Shown one piece after another: positions 1-10,394 of a stretch of DNA of 64,000 bases (the first letter of the stretch is position 1; each line of letters begins with the position of its first letter). The stretch spans positions 2,604,001 through 2,668,000 of the forward strand of contig OZ374558.1 in the NCBI GenBank assembly GCA_977862235.1. The letters run 5' to 3'. The position numbers and the translations under genes are program-made. Source of the DNA: Dudresnaya verticillata (Eukaryota). The notes under the pieces are model-generated. The model saw only the letters and a program-made list of their open reading frames with translations. It ran no database searches and was not told the DNA's origin.

Positions 1-753
1 GTGGGCAAGTGTGGATTCTGCAAGTCCACGCGGGACTGCAAGGGGAAGCTGGTGTGCAAAGCAGGGACGGGGCGTTCGAAGCGGGCAAGGTGCGCAGAGC
101 CGATGGGTGAAGGTAAGCGTTGTCATGATCCGTGCTGGGCATGCAAGAGGGGTCTTAGGTGTAATGGGAAGACATGCGAGCGCCCGCGAGTGCCGTTTTG
201 TGGAAAGTGCCGACGTACTAAGGACTGCTCGTCTGGGATGGTGTGCAAATTCGCGAGGAGGGGTGACCCGTGGGGACGTTGCGCGAAGCGTATGGATGTC
301 GGTAAGAGCTGTCGTGACCTGTGCTGGGCGTGCAAGGGCGGGCTGTTTTGTAAGAATGGCAAGGTCTGCAGCAAGCGTGGAGAGAAATGTGCGTGGTGCT
401 CGAAGCACTGGCATTGCAAGCAGGGTCTTCGTTGCAAGAAGAAGCCCGGAGCTAAGGAAGGGAAGTGTGCGCAGCCGCGGGGCGAGGGGTCTCCTTGCCA
501 TGATGACTGCTGGACGTGTAAACACAGGCTGGAGTGCAGGAACGGCAAGGTATGCAAGCCACCGCGCAAGGGCCAGTGCGGACATTGCAAGGTTGATGAC
601 GACTGCAAGGGGAAGCTTGTTTGCAAGGTGAAGGGTAAATTTGGGAAGTGTGCGAAGCCGAACGGTGTTGGTAAGCCGTGTCGTGATCCGTGCTGGGCGT
701 GTGAGAAACACCTTGTGTGCAACAAGTGGGGCAAGTGTGCGTACCCGTATTAG
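1..753 (+). CDS. Secreted Cys-rich cationic repeat protein, copy 1 (5' end outside window)
   Basis: Identical to the C-terminal 250 codons of the copies below. Confidence 0.9.
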   Translation: MGKCGFCKSTRDCKGKLVCKAGTGRSKRARCAEPMGEGKRCHDPCWACKRGLRCNGKTCERPRVPFCGKCRRTKDCSSGMVCKFARRGDPWGRCAKRMDVGKSCRDLCWACKGGLFCKNGKVCSKRGEKCAWCSKHWHCKQGLRCKKKPGAKEGKCAQPRGEGSPCHDDCWTCKHRLECRNGKVCKPPRKGQCGHCKVDDDCKGKLVCKVKGKFGKCAKPNGVGKPCRDPCWACEKHLVCNKWGKCAYPY

Positions 754-976
754 GTAATGAATCGGGTTGCGAGAGATAGGGGAAGGTAATTTGTTTACGA
801 GATGCTTCACTGCTAGGAACCTTGTGTGAGCATGGAGTGAGCGAATCTGATATACCTTGCGCACTATTAGAAATGAGGGCTACCTGGTCTGTTAGAAGAC
901 GGGTTTGAGCAGACATTGCAGCGTTTGCAAACGCCTAGTCTTGATAAAGAAACTTCAGTACGCAGCGTGTACGCAG

Positions 977-980
<4 letters not shown>

Positions 981-1034
<54 letters not shown>
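981..1034. repeat. (GA)n microsatellite in each array unit
   Basis: 27, 27, 28 and 20 units at 981-1034, 4073-4126, 7169-7224 and 10267-10306. Confidence 0.95.
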
Positions 1035-1038
<4 letters not shown>

Positions 1039-1849
1039 AGAGAAAGCGGATCTCGTGTTTTGTCAACGGAGCTCAATTTGTTAAACGGGCAATAGGCGTT
1101 TATGCAGAGGAAAGACTACATTACATACGTGTTAAGCGGAAAGACCGGAGGGTCAACGCGTCGGCACGAATCGGAGCTTCGGGCTGCTCAGTCAGACTTT
1201 GGCCAAATCATTCAATGCAACGTACTGCAACGAAGCACTATGGTGCGCCTGTTCATTTTCGTAAAGTCTCTCGCAAGCTTGTTTTGAGATGAGCAGTTCC
1301 GCTCACCGTAGCTCGCCTCAAAAGTCGATAACGAGCGATCTCGCCCGGAGTCAAGAAGACCAGGGCCAGGAATGAGCATCATCACCCCTGGCGCACATGA
1401 GCGATGCGAGGAGAGAAGCTGCTGACACGCCAAGTTCCTACAATCAATTTATTTTCGTAAGGGTGCGGTTGTGCGGACAGTCGTTGCATTGCTATCAAAC
1501 ATCACCTCTTTACCTCGGCCCACAGCCATAAAGACAAAGGCCGTGCCACCAGTCGTTGTCTCCCAATAGTGCAATGGAGCTGAATTGCACTGCGTACGCC
1601 TCAAGCTCGCTGACACGGATCGCTTCTTAGTGAATCGATGCGACCAGGAATGGCCTTTGCCGCGCCAGCACCGGTCAAAGATGGCACAAATGAGGACGCT
1701 ATCGATTCGTCATGTCATGTACAGTCAATGCAATTCAGGGCTGGCTCCGAGGAGGCATCTGGACGCGGAATCGACACGACTTGGAATGCAACTGCCGGCG
1801 CCGCAGTCGCCCTCATCTTGATATCGAAGTGACGCCTCCGCGAGAAGGG

Positions 1850-1855
1850 TATAAA
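1850..1855 (+). promoter_or_regulatory. Candidate TATA box of the Cys-rich gene (also 4942-4947 and 8040-8045)
   Basis: TATAAA about 140 bp upstream of the ATG in every unit. Confidence 0.5.
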
Positions 1856-1985
1856 GACTGGTCCTCTCCGAGCCGTAACCACAACGTCTTCCCCGCAAGC
1901 GCGCAAAGCAACGCGAAGCAATCGCCGCGAAACAAATTCGCAGCAGCTCACCGGCATATTGCTTCTACCTCATCTCGCTGATCTC

Positions 1986-3845
1986 ATGATGAGTCGGCGC
2001 TTTGCCTGGGCGGTTCTGCCGTTCACACTGGTGCTGCTACTGCAGTTCTTGCAACTAGCCAACGCCGGTGATGCGGTCGCCAATGTTGAAGCTGTGCGTG
2101 CTGGTGTTCAAGTAGATGTCGGTGCCGGTGGTGGTAAGCCGAACACAAACAAGGAGGCTTCCGAAAACCCAAATGTGGCTTCCGTCCATCTCCACAACGA
2201 GGGAGGCGATGAAGAGCCTGTCGTCGACGAGGGCGATGAGGAAGAAGATGAGCTGGAAGAGAAGATGATCGGCGACGTGGAACACCTTGAAGAGGATGAG
2301 GATGAAGACGTCGAGGACGATGAGGAAGATGAGATCGAGGGTGTGTTGCAAGATGGAGAAGGCAGTTTAGAAGAAGTTGCCGACCGTGAGGATGACGACG
2401 ACGAATTGTCTGAAGATTCTGTGGACGAGGAGGACGTTGATGATCTCCTTGATGATGAGAGTGTGCATAATGACGAGGATACGCTGGCCGAAGAGATCGA
2501 CACTGGCCTCATGGAAGAGGATAGCGAGGAAGGCGGAGAAGAGAAGCCGGATATTGTGGACGAATCTTCGAAAGGATGGAGGGGATGGCGCCGAGAGTGC
2601 CGGAGGTGCCATTTCTCGTCACAATGCAGGCGCGGTCTGAAGTGCTGGCGTAGGAAATGTGTGATCAACAATGCGAGGTTAAGGTTGCGTTGCTTCCGAA
2701 ACCACTGCCAGCGGTGTTCCAGGACGCATCACTGCCGACCCGGGCTCACGTGCCGGTGGGGAAAGTGTATTGTCAACAAGCCCGGCCATTCGCATCGCTG
2801 CTTCCGCCCTCCCCCGCGTCCAAGGAGCTACTATAAGGCTGACTGCGTACGGTGTTCGGCGAGTAACGAGTGCAGGAGCCGACGTTGTTTCCGGGCCGGA
2901 ACGAGGTGGGCGCGTTGTGCGAGAGACGTCTGGTGGTACAGAAAGTGCTTTCTGAAGAAGGAGTGCGCACCGTGCAAGTTGAGCAAGGAGTGTAAGAGTG
3001 GAAAGTGCTGGAAAAAGCGTTGTGTGAATGTGAGGAAGGTGCGCGGTAGGAAGATTACGGATCCTACTTCACTGCGCAAGTGCTTTGGGCAGGTGGGCAA
3101 GTGTGGATTCTGCAAGTCCACGCGGGACTGCAAGGGGAAGCTGGTGTGCAAAGCAGGGACGGGGCGTTCGAAGCGGGCAAGGTGCGCAGAGCCGATGGGT
3201 GAAGGTAAGCGTTGTCATGATCCGTGCTGGGCATGCAAGAGGGGTCTTAGGTGTAATGGGAAGACATGCGAGCGCCCGCGAGTGCCGTTTTGTGGAAAGT
3301 GCCGACGTACTAAGGACTGCTCGTCTGGGATGGTGTGCAAATTCGCGAGGAGGGGTGACCCGTGGGGACGTTGCGCGAAGCGTATGGATGTCGGTAAGAG
3401 CTGTCGTGACCTGTGCTGGGCGTGCAAGGGCGGGCTGTTTTGTAAGAATGGCAAGGTCTGCAGCAAGCGTGGAGAGAAATGTGCGTGGTGCTCGAAGCAC
3501 TGGCATTGCAAGCAGGGTCTTCGTTGCAAGAAGAAGCCCGGAGCTAAGGAAGGGAAGTGTGCGCAGCCGCGGGGCGAGGGGTCTCCTTGCCATGATGACT
3601 GCTGGACGTGTAAACACAGGCTGGAGTGCAGGAACGGCAAGGTATGCAAGCCACCGCGCAAGGGCCAGTGCGGACATTGCAAGGTTGATGACGACTGCAA
3701 GGGGAAGCTTGTTTGCAAGGTGAAGGGTAAATTTGGGAAGTGTGCGAAGCCGAACGGTGTTGGTAAGCCGTGTCGTGATCCGTGCTGGGCGTGTGAGAAA
3801 CACCTTGTGTGCAACAAGTGGGGCAAGTGTGCGTACCCGTATTAG
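1986..3845 (+). CDS. Secreted Cys-rich cationic repeat protein with acidic N-terminal segment, copy 2
   Basis: Intronless ORF: hydrophobic signal peptide (MSRRFAWAVLPFTLVLLLQFLQLANA), D/E-rich segment, four 6-Cys repeats ending R/K-C-F, four 10-Cys repeats. This copy has ATGATG at 1986/1989. Confidence 0.92.
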   Translation: MMSRRFAWAVLPFTLVLLLQFLQLANAGDAVANVEAVRAGVQVDVGAGGGKPNTNKEASENPNVASVHLHNEGGDEEPVVDEGDEEEDELEEKMIGDVEHLEEDEDEDVEDDEEDEIEGVLQDGEGSLEEVADREDDDDELSEDSVDEEDVDDLLDDESVHNDEDTLAEEIDTGLMEEDSEEGGEEKPDIVDESSKGWRGWRRECRRCHFSSQCRRGLKCWRRKCVINNARLRLRCFRNHCQRCSRTHHCRPGLTCRWGKCIVNKPGHSHRCFRPPPRPRSYYKADCVRCSASNECRSRRCFRAGTRWARCARDVWWYRKCFLKKECAPCKLSKECKSGKCWKKRCVNVRKVRGRKITDPTSLRKCFGQVGKCGFCKSTRDCKGKLVCKAGTGRSKRARCAEPMGEGKRCHDPCWACKRGLRCNGKTCERPRVPFCGKCRRTKDCSSGMVCKFARRGDPWGRCAKRMDVGKSCRDLCWACKGGLFCKNGKVCSKRGEKCAWCSKHWHCKQGLRCKKKPGAKEGKCAQPRGEGSPCHDDCWTCKHRLECRNGKVCKPPRKGQCGHCKVDDDCKGKLVCKVKGKFGKCAKPNGVGKPCRDPCWACEKHLVCNKWGKCAYPY

Positions 3846-4068
3846 GTAATGAATCGGGTTGCGAGAGATAGGGGAAGGTAATTTGTTTACGAGATGCTTC
3901 ACTGCTAGGAACCTTGTGTGAGCATGGAGTGAGCGAATCTGATATACCTTGCGCACTATTAGAAATGAGGGCTACCTGGTCTGTTAGAAGACGGGTTTGA
4001 GCAGACATTGCAGCGTTTGCAAACGCCTAGTCTTGATAAAGAAACTTCAGTACGCAGCGTGTACGCAG

Positions 4069-4130
<62 letters not shown>

Positions 4131-5084
4131 AGAGAAAGCGGATCTCGTGTTTTGTCAACGGAGCTCAATTTGTTAAACGGGCAATAGGCGTTTATGCAGA
4201 GGAAAGACTACATTACATACGTGTTAAGCGGAAAGACCGGAGGGTCAACGCGTCGGCACGAATCGGAGCTTCGGGCTGCTCAGTCAGACTTTGGCCAAAT
4301 CATTCAATGCAACGTACTGCAACGAAGCACTATGGTGCGCCTGTTCATTTTCGTAAAGTCTCTCGCAAGCTTGTTTTGAGATGAGCAGTTCCGCTCACCG
4401 TAGCTCGCCTCAAAAGTCGATAACGAGCGATCTCGCCCGGAGTCAAGAAGACCAGGGCCAGGAATGAGCATCATCACCCCTGGCGCACATGAGCGATGCG
4501 AGGAGAGAAGCTGCTGACACGCCAAGTTCCTACAATCAATTTATTTTCGTAAGGGTGCGGTTGTGCGGACAGTCGTTGCATTGCTATCAAACATCACCTC
4601 TTTACCTCGGCCCACAGCCATAAAGACAAAGGCCGTGCCACCAGTCGTTGTCTCCCAATAGTGCAATGGAGCTGAATTGCACTGCGTACGCCTCAAGCTC
4701 GCTGACACGGATCGCTTCTTAGTGAATCGATGCGACCAGGAATGGCCTTTGCCGCGCCAGCACCGGTCAAAGATGGCACAAATGAGGACGCTATCGATTC
4801 GTCATGTCATGTACAGTCAATGCAATTCAGGGCTGGCTCCGAGGAGGCATCTGGACGCGGAATCGACACGACTTGGAATGCAACTGCCGGCGCCGCAGTC
4901 GCCCTCATCTTGATATCGAAGTGACGCCTCCGCGAGAAGGGTATAAAGACTGGTCCTCTCCGAGCCGTAACCACAACGTCTTCCCCGCAAGCGCGCAAAG
5001 CAACGCGAAGCAATCGCCGCGAAACAAATTCGCAGCAGCTCACCGGCATATTGCTTCTACCTCATCTCGCTGATCTCAAACACG

Positions 5085-6941
5085 ATGAGTCGGCGCTTTG
5101 CCTGGGCGGTTCTGCCGTTCACACTGGTGCTGCTACTGCAGTTCTTGCAACTAGCCAACGCCGGTGATGCGGTCGCCAATGTTGAAGCTGTGCGTGCTGG
5201 TGTTCAAGTAGATGTCGGTGCCGGTGGTGGTAAGCCGAACACAAACAAGGAGGCTTCCGAAAACCCAAATGTGGCTTCCGTCCATCTCCACAACGAGGGA
5301 GGCGATGAAGAGCCTGTCGTCGACGAGGGCGATGAGGAAGAAGATGAGCTGGAAGAGAAGATGATCGGCGACGTGGAACACCTTGAAGAGGATGAGGATG
5401 AAGACGTCGAGGACGATGAGGAAGATGAGATCGAGGGTGTGTTGCAAGATGGAGAAGGCAGTTTAGAAGAAGTTGCCGACCGTGAGGATGACGACGACGA
5501 ATTGTCTGAAGATTCTGTGGACGAGGAGGACGTTGATGATCTCCTTGATGATGAGAGTGTGCATAATGACGAGGATACGCTGGCCGAAGAGATCGACACT
5601 GGCCTCATGGAAGAGGATAGCGAGGAAGGCGGAGAAGAGAAGCCGGATATTGTGGACGAATCTTCGAAAGGATGGAGGGGATGGCGCCGAGAGTGCCGGA
5701 GGTGCCATTTCTCGTCACAATGCAGGCGCGGTCTGAAGTGCTGGCGTAGGAAATGTGTGATCAACAATGCGAGGTTAAGGTTGCGTTGCTTCCGAAACCA
5801 CTGCCAGCGGTGTTCCAGGACGCATCACTGCCGACCCGGGCTCACGTGCCGGTGGGGAAAGTGTATTGTCAACAAGCCCGGCCATTCGCATCGCTGCTTC
5901 CGCCCTCCCCCGCGTCCAAGGAGCTACTATAAGGCTGACTGCGTACGGTGTTCGGCGAGTAACGAGTGCAGGAGCCGACGTTGTTTCCGGGCCGGAACGA
6001 GGTGGGCGCGTTGTGCGAGAGACGTCTGGTGGTACAGAAAGTGCTTTCTGAAGAAGGAGTGCGCACCGTGCAAGTTGAGCAAGGAGTGTAAGAGTGGAAA
6101 GTGCTGGAAAAAGCGTTGTGTGAATGTGAGGAAGGTGCGCGGTAGGAAGATTACGGATCCTACTTCACTGCGCAAGTGCTTTGGGCAGGTGGGCAAGTGT
6201 GGATTCTGCAAGTCCACGCGGGACTGCAAGGGGAAGCTGGTGTGCAAAGCAGGGACGGGGCGTTCGAAGCGGGCAAGGTGCGCAGAGCCGATGGGTGAAG
6301 GTAAGCGTTGTCATGATCCGTGCTGGGCATGCAAGAGGGGTCTTAGGTGTAATGGGAAGACATGCGAGCGCCCGCGAGTGCCGTTTTGTGGAAAGTGCCG
6401 ACGTACTAAGGACTGCTCGTCTGGGATGGTGTGCAAATTCGCGAGGAGGGGTGACCCGTGGGGACGTTGCGCGAAGCGTATGGATGTCGGTAAGAGCTGT
6501 CGTGACCTGTGCTGGGCGTGCAAGGGCGGGCTGTTTTGTAAGAATGGCAAGGTCTGCAGCAAGCGTGGAGAGAAATGTGCGTGGTGCTCGAAGCACTGGC
6601 ATTGCAAGCAGGGTCTTCGTTGCAAGAAGAAGCCCGGAGCTAAGGAAGGGAAGTGTGCGCAGCCGCGGGGCGAGGGGTCTCCTTGCCATGATGACTGCTG
6701 GACGTGTAAACACAGGCTGGAGTGCAGGAACGGCAAGGTATGCAAGCCACCGCGCAAGGGCCAGTGCGGACATTGCAAGGTTGATGACGACTGCAAGGGG
6801 AAGCTTGTTTGCAAGGTGAAGGGTAAATTTGGGAAGTGTGCGAAGCCGAACGGTGTTGGTAAGCCGTGTCGTGATCCGTGCTGGGCGTGTGAGAAACACC
6901 TTGTGTGCAACAAGTGGGGCAAGTGTGCGTACCCGTATTAG
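5085..6941 (+). CDS. Secreted Cys-rich cationic repeat protein, copy 3 (618 aa)
   Basis: Same protein as copy 2. Confidence 0.92.
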   Translation: MSRRFAWAVLPFTLVLLLQFLQLANAGDAVANVEAVRAGVQVDVGAGGGKPNTNKEASENPNVASVHLHNEGGDEEPVVDEGDEEEDELEEKMIGDVEHLEEDEDEDVEDDEEDEIEGVLQDGEGSLEEVADREDDDDELSEDSVDEEDVDDLLDDESVHNDEDTLAEEIDTGLMEEDSEEGGEEKPDIVDESSKGWRGWRRECRRCHFSSQCRRGLKCWRRKCVINNARLRLRCFRNHCQRCSRTHHCRPGLTCRWGKCIVNKPGHSHRCFRPPPRPRSYYKADCVRCSASNECRSRRCFRAGTRWARCARDVWWYRKCFLKKECAPCKLSKECKSGKCWKKRCVNVRKVRGRKITDPTSLRKCFGQVGKCGFCKSTRDCKGKLVCKAGTGRSKRARCAEPMGEGKRCHDPCWACKRGLRCNGKTCERPRVPFCGKCRRTKDCSSGMVCKFARRGDPWGRCAKRMDVGKSCRDLCWACKGGLFCKNGKVCSKRGEKCAWCSKHWHCKQGLRCKKKPGAKEGKCAQPRGEGSPCHDDCWTCKHRLECRNGKVCKPPRKGQCGHCKVDDDCKGKLVCKVKGKFGKCAKPNGVGKPCRDPCWACEKHLVCNKWGKCAYPY

Positions 6942-7164
6942 GTAATGAATCGGGTTGCGAGAGATAGGGGAAGGTAATTTGTTTACGAGATGCTTCACTG
7001 CTAGGAACCTTGTGTGAGCATGGAGTGAGCGAATCTGATATACCTTGCGCACTATTAGAAATGAGGGCTACCTGGTCTGTTAGAAGACGGGTTTGAGCAG
7101 ACATTGCAGCGTTTGCAAACGCCTAGTCTTGATAAAGAAACTTCAGTACGCAGCGTGTACGCAG

Positions 7165-7228
<64 letters not shown>

Positions 7229-8182
7229 AGAGAAAGCGGATCTCGTGTTTTGTCAACGGAGCTCAATTTGTTAAACGGGCAATAGGCGTTTATGCAGAGG
7301 AAAGACTACATTACATACGTGTTAAGCGGAAAGACCGGAGGGTCAACGCGTCGGCACGAATCGGAGCTTCGGGCTGCTCAGTCAGACTTTGGCCAAATCA
7401 TTCAATGCAACGTACTGCAACGAAGCACTATGGTGCGCCTGTTCATTTTCGTAAAGTCTCTCGCAAGCTTGTTTTGAGATGAGCAGTTCCGCTCACCGTA
7501 GCTCGCCTCAAAAGTCGATAACGAGCGATCTCGCCCGGAGTCAAGAAGACCAGGGCCAGGAATGAGCATCATCACCCCTGGCGCACATGAGCGATGCGAG
7601 GAGAGAAGCTGCTGACACGCCAAGTTCCTACAATCAATTTATTTTCGTAAGGGTGCGGTTGTGCGGACAGTCGTTGCATTGCTATCAAACATCACCTCTT
7701 TACCTCGGCCCACAGCCATAAAGACAAAGGCCGTGCCACCAGTCGTTGTCTCCCAATAGTGCAATGGAGCTGAATTGCACTGCGTACGCCTCAAGCTCGC
7801 TGACACGGATCGCTTCTTAGTGAATCGATGCGACCAGGAATGGCCTTTGCCGCGCCAGCACCGGTCAAAGATGGCACAAATGAGGACGCTATCGATTCGT
7901 CATGTCATGTACAGTCAATGCAATTCAGGGCTGGCTCCGAGGAGGCATCTGGACGCGGAATCGACACGACTTGGAATGCAACTGCCGGCGCCGCAGTCGC
8001 CCTCATCTTGATATCGAAGTGACGCCTCCGCGAGAAGGGTATAAAGACTGGTCCTCTCCGAGCCGTAACCACAACGTCTTCCCCGCAAGCGCGCAAAGCA
8101 ACGCGAAGCAATCGCCGCGAAACAAATTCGCAGCAGCTCACCGGCATATTGCTTCTACCTCATCTCGCTGATCTCAAACACG

Positions 8183-10039
8183 ATGAGTCGGCGCTTTGCC
8201 TGGGCGGTTCTGCCGTTCACACTGGTGCTGCTACTGCAGTTCTTGCAACTAGCCAACGCCGGTGATGCGGTCGCCAATGTTGAAGCTGTGCGTGCTGGTG
8301 TTCAAGTAGATGTCGGTGCCGGTGGTGGTAAGCCGAACACAAACAAGGAGGCTTCCGAAAACCCAAATGTGGCTTCCGTCCATCTCCACAACGAGGGAGG
8401 CGATGAAGAGCCTGTCGTCGACGAGGGCGATGAGGAAGAAGATGAGCTGGAAGAGAAGATGATCGGCGACGTGGAACACCTTGAAGAGGATGAGGATGAA
8501 GACGTCGAGGACGATGAGGAAGATGAGATCGAGGGTGTGTTGCAAGATGGAGAAGGCAGTTTAGAAGAAGTTGCCGACCGTGAGGATGACGACGACGAAT
8601 TGTCTGAAGATTCTGTGGACGAGGAGGACGTTGATGATCTCCTTGATGATGAGAGTGTGCATAATGACGAGGATACGCTGGCCGAAGAGATCGACACTGG
8701 CCTCATGGAAGAGGATAGCGAGGAAGGCGGAGAAGAGAAGCCGGATATTGTGGACGAATCTTCGAAAGGATGGAGGGGATGGCGCCGAGAGTGCCGGAGG
8801 TGCCATTTCTCGTCACAATGCAGGCGCGGTCTGAAGTGCTGGCGTAGGAAATGTGTGATCAACAATGCGAGGTTAAGGTTGCGTTGCTTCCGAAACCACT
8901 GCCAGCGGTGTTCCAGGACGCATCACTGCCGACCCGGGCTCACGTGCCGGTGGGGAAAGTGTATTGTCAACAAGCCCGGCCATTCGCATCGCTGCTTCCG
9001 CCCTCCCCCGCGTCCAAGGAGCTACTATAAGGCTGACTGCGTACGGTGTTCGGCGAGTAACGAGTGCAGGAGCCGACGTTGTTTCCGGGCCGGAACGAGG
9101 TGGGCGCGTTGTGCGAGAGACGTCTGGTGGTACAGAAAGTGCTTTCTGAAGAAGGAGTGCGCACCGTGCAAGTTGAGCAAGGAGTGTAAGAGTGGGAAGT
9201 GCTGGAAAAAGCGTTGTGTGAATGTGAGGAAGGTGCGCGGTAGGAAGATTACGGATCCTACTTCACTGCGCAAGTGCTTTGGGCAGGTGGGCAAGTGTGG
9301 ATTCTGCAAGTCCACGCGGGACTGCAAGGGGAAGCTGGTGTGCAAAGCAGGGACGGGGCGTTCGAAGCGGGCAAGGTGCGCAGAGCCGATGGGTGAAGGT
9401 AAGCGTTGTCATGATCCGTGCTGGGCATGCAAGAGGGGTCTTAGGTGTAATGGGAAGACATGCGAGCGCCCGCGAGTGCCGTTTTGTGGAAAGTGCCGAC
9501 GTACTAAGGACTGCTCGTCTGGGATGGTGTGCAAATTCGCGAGGAGGGGTGACCCGTGGGGACGTTGCGCGAAGCGTATGGATGTCGGTAAGAGCTGTCG
9601 TGACCTGTGCTGGGCGTGCAAGGGCGGGCTGTTTTGTAAGAATGGCAAGGTCTGCAGCAAGCGTGGAGAGAAATGTGCGTGGTGCTCGAAGCACTGGCAT
9701 TGCAAGCAGGGTCTTCGTTGCAAGAAGAAGCCCGGAGCTAAGGAAGGGAAGTGTGCGCAGCCGCGGGGCGAGGGGTCTCCTTGCCATGATGACTGCTGGA
9801 CGTGTAAACACAGGCTGGAGTGCAGGAACGGCAAGGTATGCAAGCCACCGCGCAAGGGCCAGTGCGGACATTGCAAGGTTGATGACGACTGCAAGGGGAA
9901 GCTTGTTTGCAAGGTGAAGGGTAAATTTGGGAAGTGTGCGAAGCCGAACGGTGTTGGTAAGCCGTGTCGTGATCCGTGCTGGGCGTGTGAGAAACACCTT
10001 GTGTGCAACAAGTGGGGCAAGTGTGCGTACCCGTATTAG
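8183..10039 (+). CDS. Secreted Cys-rich cationic repeat protein, copy 4 (618 aa)
   Basis: Same protein; synonymous GGA>GGG at 9196. Confidence 0.92.
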   Translation: MSRRFAWAVLPFTLVLLLQFLQLANAGDAVANVEAVRAGVQVDVGAGGGKPNTNKEASENPNVASVHLHNEGGDEEPVVDEGDEEEDELEEKMIGDVEHLEEDEDEDVEDDEEDEIEGVLQDGEGSLEEVADREDDDDELSEDSVDEEDVDDLLDDESVHNDEDTLAEEIDTGLMEEDSEEGGEEKPDIVDESSKGWRGWRRECRRCHFSSQCRRGLKCWRRKCVINNARLRLRCFRNHCQRCSRTHHCRPGLTCRWGKCIVNKPGHSHRCFRPPPRPRSYYKADCVRCSASNECRSRRCFRAGTRWARCARDVWWYRKCFLKKECAPCKLSKECKSGKCWKKRCVNVRKVRGRKITDPTSLRKCFGQVGKCGFCKSTRDCKGKLVCKAGTGRSKRARCAEPMGEGKRCHDPCWACKRGLRCNGKTCERPRVPFCGKCRRTKDCSSGMVCKFARRGDPWGRCAKRMDVGKSCRDLCWACKGGLFCKNGKVCSKRGEKCAWCSKHWHCKQGLRCKKKPGAKEGKCAQPRGEGSPCHDDCWTCKHRLECRNGKVCKPPRKGQCGHCKVDDDCKGKLVCKVKGKFGKCAKPNGVGKPCRDPCWACEKHLVCNKWGKCAYPY

Positions 10040-10262
10040 GTAATGAATCGGGTTGCGAGAGATAGGGGAAGGTAATTTGTTTACGAGATGCTTCACTGCT
10101 AGGAACCTTGTGTGAGCATGGAGTGAGCGAATCTGATATACCTTGCGCACTATTAGAAATGAGGGCTACCTGGTCTGTTAGAAGACGGGTTTGAGCAGAC
10201 ATTGCAGCGTTTGCAAACGCCTAGTCTTGATAAAGAAACTTCAGTACGCAGCGTGTACGCAG

Positions 10263-10310
<48 letters not shown>

Positions 10311-10394
10311 AGAGAAAGCGGATCTCGTGTTTTGTCAACGGAGCTCAATTTGTTAAACGGGCAATAGGCGTTTATGCAGAGGAAAGACTACATT

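Noticed and set aside
11..10202. Alternative-frame and antisense ORFs over the Cys-rich gene copies
   Set aside because: Shadows of the real ORF's biased codons; no independent motifs.
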